A DNA stretch of 60,674 nucleotides from IMG/VR virus record IMGVR_UViG_3300003792_000001; one strand, written 5' to 3'. Positions 8,245-15,996 of this stretch are shown piece by piece. The position numbers and the translations under genes are program-made. How positions within the stretch are numbered: position 1 is the first letter of the stretch; the number at the start of each line of letters is the position of its first letter. The notes under the pieces are model-generated. The model was not told the DNA's origin. It made no database searches and was given only the letters and a program-made list of their open reading frames with translations. This DNA is from a virus.

Positions 8245-8318
8245 TGCCCAGCCATTTGCCCGGTCGCGATCCTGATGGACGCGACCGGGCTTTTCGTTGA
8301 TTTAAGGGAACCGCACCG

Positions 8319-8639
8319 ATGAGATACCAAGGCTACCTCAATCGCGCGCTCAAATCCTCCGACCCGCGATATCTCCAAATCTTTACCCGCATGGGCTACG
8401 GCGTCGCCGCGCCATCATCCCCGCCATATGTCCCGGCGCCTTTGCCCGATCCGCCGCCGCCGATTGAGGACGACGATGATGATGACGACGAGCCCGGCGG
8501 CCCGCCCGATAACCATGGCCAGCAATTGAAGGCCGCCCGCGAGGAATATGAGCGGGTGACCGGCAAGAAGCCGTTCAACGGCTGGGATGTCGCCGAGCTG
8601 CACAAGCGGATCGCCGATTATAAAAAAGCGAACAAATAG
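8319..8639 (+). CDS. Hypothetical protein with Pro-rich and poly-Asp tract
   Basis: ORF between the capsid and portal genes. Contains PPPPIEDDDDDDDEPGGPP and a C-terminal helical KKPFNGWDVAELHKRIADYKK segment. Confidence 0.55.
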   Translation: MRYQGYLNRALKSSDPRYLQIFTRMGYGVAAPSSPPYVPAPLPDPPPPIEDDDDDDDEPGGPPDNHGQQLKAAREEYERVTGKKPFNGWDVAELHKRIADYKKANK

Positions 8640-8651
8640 AAAGCTGCCGCC

Positions 8652-9998
8652 GTGCGCCTATTGGGGTTTCATGTGCCATTTACCGCCGACCGCCAGAAGG
8701 CGATTTCAGCGGTCACCGAAAACCGCTCCGGCTGGTTTCGGGTCTTTGAGAGCTTCGCGGGCGCATGGCAGCGCAATATCACTGTCGACCGCGATCTCGT
8801 CCTTACCTATCACGCCGTCTATGCGTGCATGACGCTGATTGCCGCCGATATCGCAAAATTGCGCATCAAGCTCGTAGAGCAGGATGAAAACGGCATCTGG
8901 ACAGAGGTCAAGAACCCGGCCTTTTCGCCGGTGCTGCGCAAGCCGAACGACTTTCAGAACCGTATTCAGTTTATGGAAAATTGGGTGCTGTCGAAGCTCA
9001 TTCGGGGCAATACCTATGTCCTGAAAGTGCGCGATAATCGCGGCATCGTCGTAAAGATGTATGTGCTCGATCCGAACCGCGTGACGCCGCTTGTGGCCGA
9101 TACCGGCGAGGTGTTTTACCAACTGATGACCGACAATATGGCGGCGATCCAGCAGGATATCGTCGTCCCGGCGCGCGAGATCATCCACGACCGGATGAAT
9201 TGCCTTTACCACCCGCTGGTCGGCACATCGCCGATTTTGGCGGCGGGCGTCGCGGCTACCCAAGGTATCCGCATCCAGAACAATTCGGCCACGTTCTTCG
9301 GCAATCAAAGCCAGCCGGGCGGCATCCTGATTGCGCCGGGCGCGATCTCCGATGAAACCGCCGCACGCCTCAAAGCCACATGGGAGGCGGGCTATACCGG
9401 CGACAATGCGGGCAAGATCGCGGTTGTCGGCGATGGCCTGGAATACAAGCCTTTGGCGATCACCGCCCATGACAGCCAATTGATCGAACAGCTCCGCTGG
9501 ACCGCCGAAGTGGTTTGCTCGGTCTTTCATGTGCCGCCCTATAAGATCGGCGTCGGCGCCATGCCGACCTACAACAATATCCAGTCCTTGAACGTCGAAT
9601 ATTATTCGCAGTGCTTGCAAAAGCTGATCGAGGACGCCGAGCTTTGCCTCGACGAGGGGCTTGGCACCGGCGAAGGCCGGGGCACCGAATTCGATACCGA
9701 AAATCTGCTGCGCATGGACAGCGTAAGCCAGATGGAAGCGCTGGAAAAGGCGAACGGCAAGATGACGCCGAACGAGCAGCGCAAGAAGCTCGATTTGAAG
9801 CCGGTCGCTGGCGGCGACAGCCCCATGATGCAGCAGCAAAACTTTTCGCTCGCCGCCTTGGCAAAGCGCGACGCGAAATCCGATCCGTTCGCCACGGAAA
9901 AACCCGAACCGGAGGCGGCGCCGGAGCCAGCCAACGACAATGAAGCCGAGATGGAAGCCCGCGCTGCCCTGATCGAAATTTTGAAGGGATTCCGCTGA
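8652..9998 (+). CDS. Portal protein (HK97 family)
   Basis: Size, position and sequence pattern typical of Phage_portal (GNTYVLKVRD..., YHPLVGTSPILAAG, acidic C-terminus). Confidence 0.88.
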   Translation: MRLLGFHVPFTADRQKAISAVTENRSGWFRVFESFAGAWQRNITVDRDLVLTYHAVYACMTLIAADIAKLRIKLVEQDENGIWTEVKNPAFSPVLRKPNDFQNRIQFMENWVLSKLIRGNTYVLKVRDNRGIVVKMYVLDPNRVTPLVADTGEVFYQLMTDNMAAIQQDIVVPAREIIHDRMNCLYHPLVGTSPILAAGVAATQGIRIQNNSATFFGNQSQPGGILIAPGAISDETAARLKATWEAGYTGDNAGKIAVVGDGLEYKPLAITAHDSQLIEQLRWTAEVVCSVFHVPPYKIGVGAMPTYNNIQSLNVEYYSQCLQKLIEDAELCLDEGLGTGEGRGTEFDTENLLRMDSVSQMEALEKANGKMTPNEQRKKLDLKPVAGGDSPMMQQQNFSLAALAKRDAKSDPFATEKPEPEAAPEPANDNEAEMEARAALIEILKGFR

Positions 9999-11158
9999 TG
10001 TTCGACGGTAAGGCATTCGGCGCTGAGATCGTCGGCGTCGTCAAAGATTACCTTGAGCGGCAGCTATCGCCGGTGCTTGACCGCATCGAGGCGTTGGAGA
10101 AGCAGCTGGCGGAATTGCCGACGCCCAAGGACGGCAAGGATGCCGACCCGCTCGTCGTCGCCTCGATGGTGGCGGGCGAGATCAAGGCCGATCTCGCGAA
10201 GATGCGGGAGACGCTCGATGCCATCCAACCCGCGCCGGAATTGCCGGACGTGGCGGGCATGATCGAGCGGGCCGTGGGCGCGATCCCGGCGCCGATCAGC
10301 GCCGACGAAATCAAAGGCATGATTGAGGGCGAACTTGCCGCGCTGCCGCCCGCGCCGGAATTGCCCGACGTCTCCGGCATGATCGAGGCGGCGGTCGCCG
10401 CGATCCCGGCCCCGATCAGCCCGGAAGAAATAAAGGCGCTCGCCGCCGAGGTGATCGATGCCCAGCCCGCGCCGGAGCCGGTGGCGATCAACTATTCACC
10501 ATCGCCGGAGCAAATCCGCGAATGGGCGGGAATGGTGGCCGACGTTATCGAATTGCCGGTGCCGAAGGGCATCACGCTTGAAGACGTCACGCCGATGATC
10601 GAGGAGCGGATCGCCAAGGGCTTCGCCGAATTGCCGGTGCCAAAGGACGGCAAGGACGGCAAGGATGGCGAACCCGGCAAGGATGGCGTGGGCATGGCTG
10701 GCGGCATCATCGACCGCGACGGTCATTTGAATTTCACCATGACGGACGGCACCTTGCGCGACCTCGGCAAGGTCTGCGGCAAGGATGGCGAGCCAGGCAA
10801 GCCGGGCGCCGACGGTTTCGGCTTCGAGGATATGTCCGAGGAATTGGCCGACGACGGGCGCACGCTGATCAAACGCTACATCAAGGGCGAGCGGGTCAAG
10901 GAATTCCGCCACGCCCTGTCTGTGGTGCTTTATCAAGGCATCTGGAAGGAAGGCACCGAATACCAGACCGGCGATAGCGTCACATTCAACGGCTCGCAGT
11001 TCATTGCGCGATGCCCGACGACCGCGAAGCCGGAGACCAGCAAGGATTGGCAGCTTTCCGTCAAGCGTGGCCGCGACGGCAAAGATGGGGTGATGAAGGC
11101 CGAAAAGCCGCGCGGCCCGATCAGCGTCGGGGTGCCCGCTAAAAAGGATGGTCAATAA
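9998..11158 (+). CDS. Repeat-containing collagen-like virion protein with a C-terminal carbohydrate-binding-like motif
   Basis: Carries a tandem 40-aa repeat and short G-X-Y runs (GKDGKDGEPGKDG, GKDGEPGKPGADG). The C-terminus, YQGIWKEGTEYQTGDSVTFNGSQFIA, resembles CBM5/12-like repeats seen in phage fibres. Confidence 0.7.
   Translation: MFDGKAFGAEIVGVVKDYLERQLSPVLDRIEALEKQLAELPTPKDGKDADPLVVASMVAGEIKADLAKMRETLDAIQPAPELPDVAGMIERAVGAIPAPISADEIKGMIEGELAALPPAPELPDVSGMIEAAVAAIPAPISPEEIKALAAEVIDAQPAPEPVAINYSPSPEQIREWAGMVADVIELPVPKGITLEDVTPMIEERIAKGFAELPVPKDGKDGKDGEPGKDGVGMAGGIIDRDGHLNFTMTDGTLRDLGKVCGKDGEPGKPGADGFGFEDMSEELADDGRTLIKRYIKGERVKEFRHALSVVLYQGIWKEGTEYQTGDSVTFNGSQFIARCPTTAKPETSKDWQLSVKRGRDGKDGVMKAEKPRGPISVGVPAKKDGQ
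10229..10480 (+). repeat. Tandem ~120-bp coding repeat (2 full copies plus a partial third)
   Basis: cccgcgccggaattgcc restarts at 10229 and 10349, and partially at 10466. The encoded segment is PAPELPDV.GMIE.AV.AIPAPIS..EIK. Confidence 0.8.
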
Positions 11159-11493
11159 TGGTCGCGCTTGTCACGGTTGAGCGCGTCAAGAGCGCGCTGC
11201 GGATCGATACCGATCAGGACGACGAATTGCTTGAGGCCTACATTCAAGCCGCCTCGGCGGCGGTGATTGCCTACCTCAAAGCGCAGGCCACCGTCTTGCT
11301 CGATCTGGATACCGGCGGCGACATCCCATCCGGCTTTGAGGTGCCGCCATCGATCCAGACGGCGACGATCATCCTCGTCGGCCATTTCTATCGGGAGCCG
11401 GATGGCAACACCGACGAGGCATTCGAGCGGGGATACCTGCCCAAGCCGGTCACCGCTTTGCTCTATCCGTTGCGTGATCCCGCCCTCGCATGA
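11158..11493 (+). CDS. Head-tail connector (gp6-like)
   Basis: VERVKSALRIDTDQDDELLEAYIQAASAAVIAYL is the typical gp6/Phage_connect_1 N-terminus. Confidence 0.8.
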   Translation: MVALVTVERVKSALRIDTDQDDELLEAYIQAASAAVIAYLKAQATVLLDLDTGGDIPSGFEVPPSIQTATIILVGHFYREPDGNTDEAFERGYLPKPVTALLYPLRDPALA

Positions 11494-12110
11494 AGCGGCC
11501 CGACTGGTTTCCTGATTGGCAGGGCGAGACGGTGGTGATCGTCGCCTCCGGGCCATCCGCCAAGGACGCCCCGCTGGAAATGGGGCTGGGCCGCGCGCGG
11601 TTCATGGCAATCAATACCTCATGGCAGCTTTGCCCATGGGCCGACATCCTTTTTGCATGCGACGTCGCATGGTGGAACAGCGCCCATGGATGCCCTGAAT
11701 TCGAAGGCATGAAGATTACCATCGATAAGAACGCCGCCCGCAAATATCAGGACATCCGCCTGGTCGAATGCCGCAAGGCCGACGACCGGCTCGTCCTGAA
11801 ACCGCACGGCACGGTCGGCTGGGGCGGCAATAGCGGCTTCCATTGCATCAATCTGGCGGTCCAGTTCGGATGCGCGAAAATCCTGCTGGTCGGCTACGAC
11901 ATGACGGTAGATCACGGCTTGCACTGGCATGGCGCGCACCCGGCGAACATGAACAATCCGAAGGCGGGCAATGTCGCGCGGTGGCGCCGGGCGGTCGATG
12001 CGGCGGCCAAGGTGATCGAGCCGCTCGGTATCCGGGTGATCAATTGCTCGGAGGTCTCGCGGCTGGAAAATTATCCGAAAATGTCGTTCGAGGAGGCAAT
12101 CCTCGGATGA
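11490..12110 (+). CDS. DUF115/Maf-like putative glycosyltransferase
   Basis: ETVVIVASGPSAKD and GGNSGFHCINLAVQFGCAKILLVGYDM match the DUF115 (MptE-like/motility-accessory-factor) pattern as I recall it. ATGA coupling on both sides. Confidence 0.5.
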   Translation: MKRPDWFPDWQGETVVIVASGPSAKDAPLEMGLGRARFMAINTSWQLCPWADILFACDVAWWNSAHGCPEFEGMKITIDKNAARKYQDIRLVECRKADDRLVLKPHGTVGWGGNSGFHCINLAVQFGCAKILLVGYDMTVDHGLHWHGAHPANMNNPKAGNVARWRRAVDAAAKVIEPLGIRVINCSEVSRLENYPKMSFEEAILG

Positions 12111-12709
12111 GCAAGGTGGTCGCCTGCGTCCTTCGATCCGGCGGCGAATATGGGCCGCAGCATGTCACCCGCTTGCGCGATCAGGTCGCCAGGCATTTGC
12201 CAGGCGTGCCATTTCATTGCCTGTCCGATATCGATGTGCCCGGCGTCCATACGATCCCGCTGCGTCACGATTGGCCGGGCTGGTGGGCAAAGATGGAGCT
12301 TTTCGACCCGGCGCATTCCGCCGACTGGCTTTATCTCGATCTCGACAGCGCGATTGTCGGCAGCTTGGCGGTTCTGGCCGCCATCAGGGCCCCGGCGATC
12401 ATGCGCGATATCTACCGCCCCGCCGGGTGGCAAAGCAGCGTCATGTCTATCCCGCAGGCGATCAAGGCGCCGATCTGGAACGCTTTCACGGCGGCGCCCG
12501 AAAAGCATATGCGCGAATTCGCGCTGGGCGGCGATCAAGCCTTCATCGAGGCGCACGGCGCCGACGCTGGATGGCGGTTGTGGCAGGAAATCTGCCCCGG
12601 TCAATTGTGCTCATACAAGGCCGATGTGCGGCGCCTTGGGATAGTCCCCGCCGGGACAAGCGTGGTGGTATTCCACGGCAAGCCCCGGCCATGGCAGGTA
12701 GGGTGGTAA
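12107..12709 (+). CDS. Putative nucleotide-sugar glycosyltransferase (DxD)
   Basis: WLYLDLDSAIVG is a DxD-type motif in a GT-A-like context. The start at ATG 12107 overlaps the upstream stop. Confidence 0.5.
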   Translation: MSKVVACVLRSGGEYGPQHVTRLRDQVARHLPGVPFHCLSDIDVPGVHTIPLRHDWPGWWAKMELFDPAHSADWLYLDLDSAIVGSLAVLAAIRAPAIMRDIYRPAGWQSSVMSIPQAIKAPIWNAFTAAPEKHMREFALGGDQAFIEAHGADAGWRLWQEICPGQLCSYKADVRRLGIVPAGTSVVVFHGKPRPWQVGW

Positions 12710-12901
12710 ATGGAAATCGAAGATATCCGGCGGATTGAATTCAGGCCGGGCGACCGGCTCGTCTTGCGCGTGGCCGGGCGCATCTCCATGGATGCGTGCG
12801 CGCACATCAAAGCCACCATGGAGGGGTTTGCGCCGGGCGTGCCGGTGCTGATCCTTGATGATGGCATGTCGCTGGATGTGCTTTCGGAGGTCGCCGAATG
12901 A
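12710..12901 (+). CDS. Hypothetical protein (63 aa)
   Basis: Tightly packed ORF between the glycosyltransferase and methyltransferase genes. Confidence 0.5.
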   Translation: MEIEDIRRIEFRPGDRLVLRVAGRISMDACAHIKATMEGFAPGVPVLILDDGMSLDVLSEVAE

Positions 12902-13464
12902 GCAAGCCGTTCGAACAGCGCGGAAAGGCAATCATCCGGCGCCTGCCGCCGAACGCGCGGGTGGCCGAGGTCGGCGTGCTGGTTGGCGCTTTGTCCGAAT
13001 ATCTGCTGCGGCAGCGAAAGGACATCACGCTTTATATGGTCGATAGCTGGCAAACGGCTGACAAGCAGCCGGATCATTACCGCGCGACCGGCGACGCCCA
13101 CGCCAACCATTTCGATCCGGCCCGCGTAAAGCGCCATCGCGCCGAGGCCGAGAACCGCGCCCGGCACTTTCCCGGTCGCGCCCGCATCATGGCGATGACG
13201 TCAATTGAGGCCGCCGCGCAATTCCCCGACGCCGCGCTCGATCACGTCTTCGTCGATGCCGATCACAGCTATATCGGCGTCAAAAGCGATCTGAAAGCGT
13301 GGCTTCCAAAGATCAGGCCGGGCGGCTGGATCGGCGGCCACGATTACAACAACCCGGACCCGGCGTTCAAATTCGAGGTCGCCAGGGCCGTGGATGAATG
13401 GGCCGAGGCGACCGGGCGCAAGATTGAGACCGACGCCAATTTTACGTGGTTCGCGAGGGTCTAA
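12898..13464 (+). CDS. Class I SAM-dependent methyltransferase (Methyltransf_24/TylF-like)
   Basis: VAEVGVLVGALSEYL (motif I), FVDADHSY and PGGWIGGHDY are typical of this O-methyltransferase-like family. Confidence 0.65.
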   Translation: MSKPFEQRGKAIIRRLPPNARVAEVGVLVGALSEYLLRQRKDITLYMVDSWQTADKQPDHYRATGDAHANHFDPARVKRHRAEAENRARHFPGRARIMAMTSIEAAAQFPDAALDHVFVDADHSYIGVKSDLKAWLPKIRPGGWIGGHDYNNPDPAFKFEVARAVDEWAEATGRKIETDANFTWFARV

Positions 13465-13844
13465 TGGCAAAGCGCAGCGCCGGGCAGCTTTACGAATATG
13501 TCGCCTTCGACGAGCGGCAAGCGGCAAGCGACGGCTATGGCAACAATACCGGCGGGTTCGCCCAAGTGATCGCCTGCCGCGCCGGATTTACCTATCTCCG
13601 GGGCTCTGAGGCGGTGATCGCATCCCGGCTTGAAGGCAAGCAGCCAATCGTCGTCCGGGTCCGGGCGACGCCGGAGACGCGGCAGATCGAGCCTGATTGG
13701 CGGATGCGGAATTTGCGAAAAGGCACGTGGGCCGACAGTGACGAGACGGAATGGACCGGGCCGATCTATGCGGTGCGATCCACCGCCGAATCGGAGGACC
13801 GCGCGTGGATCGACGTCATGGTCGAAGGCGGCGTAGCGGCATAA
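13464..13844 (+). CDS. Head-tail adaptor (head closure) protein
   Basis: Position and sequence pattern (YVAFDERQ...GGF..V...RAGFTYLRGSEAV) are typical of Phage_H_T_join. TAATG coupling. Confidence 0.7.
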   Translation: MAKRSAGQLYEYVAFDERQAASDGYGNNTGGFAQVIACRAGFTYLRGSEAVIASRLEGKQPIVVRVRATPETRQIEPDWRMRNLRKGTWADSDETEWTGPIYAVRSTAESEDRAWIDVMVEGGVAA

Positions 13845-13859
13845 AGGGAGCAAAACAGG

Positions 13860-14057
13860 ATGGCGTGGGTCAGATTTACGCGCGACTTCGATTGGAAGCC
13901 GACGAGGCAAACCACCATTGCTTACAAGAAGGGCAGCACCCTGATCGTCAAGGCGGCTTGCGCCGAGGCGGCGATCAGCAAGGGCGCCGCGATCCGGGTA
14001 AAGAAAGCCAGCCGCCACGCCGAGCCGGTCCCCGTCGAGGAGCCCGGCGCCGAATAA
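13860..14057 (+). CDS. Hypothetical protein (65 aa)
   Basis: ORF within the head-tail joining cluster. Confidence 0.5.
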   Translation: MAWVRFTRDFDWKPTRQTTIAYKKGSTLIVKAACAEAAISKGAAIRVKKASRHAEPVPVEEPGAE

Positions 14058-14482
14058 TGGCCAAACTCTTTGGCCTTGCCCGGCTTGATCGAAAGCTCAA
14101 GCGCCTGCCCGAACTGGCAAAAGCCGAAATCAAAGCGGCCATGGAAACCGCCGCCGAGGAAATAACCGCCACCATGAGGCGATTGGTCCCGATCAGCCCC
14201 GGCGGCGGCGATTTGCATGACAGCATCGGCTGGACATGGGGCAAGGCGCCGAAGGGCGCGGGCCTGGTCGCCTCCGTCAAGTCGCGCCTCGCCGGTGATT
14301 TGACCATCACGATCTACGCGGGCAACGCGAAGGCATTTTATGCCCGATGGCAGGAATTCGGCACGGTCAATCAACCGGCGCAGCCGTTCTTTTTCGTCGC
14401 CTATCGCGCCAACCGGAAATCAGCCAAGCGCCGCATTAACGGCGCGATCCGCAAGGCCGCTAAGAAGGTCGCCGCCTCATGA
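14057..14482 (+). CDS. HK97 gp10-family tail/neck component
   Basis: MAKLFGLARLDRKLKRLPE...FYARWQEFGT...QPFFF matches the gp10-family signature. Confidence 0.8.
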   Translation: MAKLFGLARLDRKLKRLPELAKAEIKAAMETAAEEITATMRRLVPISPGGGDLHDSIGWTWGKAPKGAGLVASVKSRLAGDLTITIYAGNAKAFYARWQEFGTVNQPAQPFFFVAYRANRKSAKRRINGAIRKAAKKVAAS

Positions 14483-14883
14483 CATCGCCCACCCTCGAAT
14501 TGCAGGGGCGCATCATCCAGCGCCTCAAGGCCGATACCGCGACCGCCGCAATTGTTGGCGCCCGCGTCTATGACAGCGTGCCGCAAGCGGCGGCCTTTCC
14601 CTATGCCGCGCTCGGCCCCAGCGACGAGACCAGCGACGACGCCGATTGCATTACCGGGTTCGACATTGCCTTTCAGATTGACTGCTATTCGCGCGCGGTC
14701 GGCTTCCCGCAGGTTCGGCAATTGGCCGACGCCGTGCGCGAGGCGATCCACGGCTATGAATTCGATCTGACCACCAATGCGCTTGTCTATTTCGAGCACC
14801 GACAGACGCGGTTTTTCCGCGATCCTGATGGGCTGACATCGCATGCCGCCATGACATTCGCCGCGTTCGTCGAGGCGCCGTAA
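14479..14883 (+). CDS. Tail completion protein (DUF3168-like)
   Basis: LQGRIIQRLKADTATAAIVGARVYDSVPQAAAFPY is typical of DUF3168/gp11-like proteins. Confidence 0.7.
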   Translation: MTSPTLELQGRIIQRLKADTATAAIVGARVYDSVPQAAAFPYAALGPSDETSDDADCITGFDIAFQIDCYSRAVGFPQVRQLADAVREAIHGYEFDLTTNALVYFEHRQTRFFRDPDGLTSHAAMTFAAFVEAP

Positions 14884-14972
14884 CCGCCCAACCCCGCATC
14901 AACCGAAATCCACCGATCCCCGCCAGCCGATGACGGGGTGCTTCCCGCTGTTGCCACGAAAGGAAAAATCAA

Positions 14973-15416
14973 ATGGCACCTCCAACCACTGCCCGCTTCG
15001 GCAAATTCCGGGTTCTCCTCGGCGACGGCGATAGCCCGGAAGTATTTGCCGCGCCTTGCGGCTTCACCTCGAAGTCGCTTGTCCTCTCCAAGAACCTGAC
15101 CGACGTCAATCTGCCTGATTGCGACGATCCCGACGCCCCGGCTTGGGTGGGCCGCGATGTCGAAAGCCTCACCGCCTCGATCACCGGCGAGGGCGTCATG
15201 GCGGCGGAATCCGCCCCGGACTGGATGGCGGCCTATGAAAGCGTCGACTCGATCAGCGTGAAGGTCGAGATCGAGTTCCCGCTGGTGACCTACGTCTATA
15301 CCGGCAAAATGCACATCGCCACGATGACGCTGGGCGCCGAGCAAGGTGGCCGCGTGACCAACAACGTCGAAATGCAAAGCGATGGCGAACTCGTGCGGAG
15401 CCAAGAAACCACATGA
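14973..15416 (+). CDS. Major tail protein (TP901-1/GTA gp9-like)
   Basis: Size, position and the FGKFRVLLGDG...PCGFTSKSL pattern. Confidence 0.8.
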   Translation: MAPPTTARFGKFRVLLGDGDSPEVFAAPCGFTSKSLVLSKNLTDVNLPDCDDPDAPAWVGRDVESLTASITGEGVMAAESAPDWMAAYESVDSISVKVEIEFPLVTYVYTGKMHIATMTLGAEQGGRVTNNVEMQSDGELVRSQETT

Positions 15417-15829
15417 GCCGCGACGCCTCGATCACCCTCGCTTGGGCAGACGGAGATTACCATTTCCGTCTGGCTTGGGGCGAACTCAAGCTGTTGCAAG
15501 AGGCGACGAATGCCGGGCCGCCCATCGTCCTCAAACGGCTGGAAAACGACCTGTGGCTCATCGAGGATATTTCCTCGGTGATCCGCTGTGGCCTGATCGG
15601 CGGCGGCATGACGCCGGTGCAGGCTTTGAAGCTGACGCGGGCGTATGTCGAAAGCCGCCCGCCCGCCGAGAATGTCCCCTATGCAATCGCCATCCTCCAA
15701 TGCGGCCTGTTCGGGGCGCCCGATGAGGACGAAACAAAAAAAGACGAGGGTCGGATGACGGCGACCGACTCGATGATCTCCCAAACGGAAAATTCCGGTT
15801 TGGAGCCGTCTATGGCACGGGCGCAGTGA
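15413..15829 (+). CDS. Tail assembly chaperone (GTA gp10-like)
   Basis: ITLAWADGDYHFRLAWGELKLLQEA pattern. Lies directly after the major tail gene. Confidence 0.7.
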   Translation: MSRDASITLAWADGDYHFRLAWGELKLLQEATNAGPPIVLKRLENDLWLIEDISSVIRCGLIGGGMTPVQALKLTRAYVESRPPAENVPYAIAILQCGLFGAPDEDETKKDEGRMTATDSMISQTENSGLEPSMARAQ

Positions 15830-15984
15830 TGGGGTTCACGCCCTCCGAAATCGATAAAATGAGCGTTTGGCAATTTATCCAAGCCTGCGACGGCTTTGCC
15901 AAGGCGCACGACCCTAACGCCGACAAGGAACTATCGTCCGCCGAAGCCGACGACCTTTGGGCGTGGATGCAAACCAAACACTGA
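15829..15984 (+). CDS. Small tail assembly chaperone (rcc01693/Phage_TAC_6-like), 51 aa
   Basis: Translated by hand: MGFTPSEIDKMSVWQFIQACDGFAKAHDPNADKELSSAEADDLWAWMQTKH. TGATG overlap. Absent from the track because it is under 60 aa. Confidence 0.6.
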   Translation: MGFTPSEIDKMSVWQFIQACDGFAKAHDPNADKELSSAEADDLWAWMQTKH

Positions 15985-15996
15985 GGATTTCCCCAC

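Noticed and set aside
10229-10480. Regular 120-bp repeats as a possible CRISPR array or other non-coding repeat
   Set aside because: The period is too long and there are no spacer-like unique units. The repeat is in frame inside a continuous ORF and encodes a duplicated 40-aa segment.
15413-15984. Programmed -1 frameshift between the two tail chaperone ORFs (lambda G/GT style)
   Set aside because: The two ORFs meet at a TGATG stop-start overlap, with a normal Met start for the second. I see no slippery heptamer in the short overlap. GTA-type clusters encode these as separate proteins.
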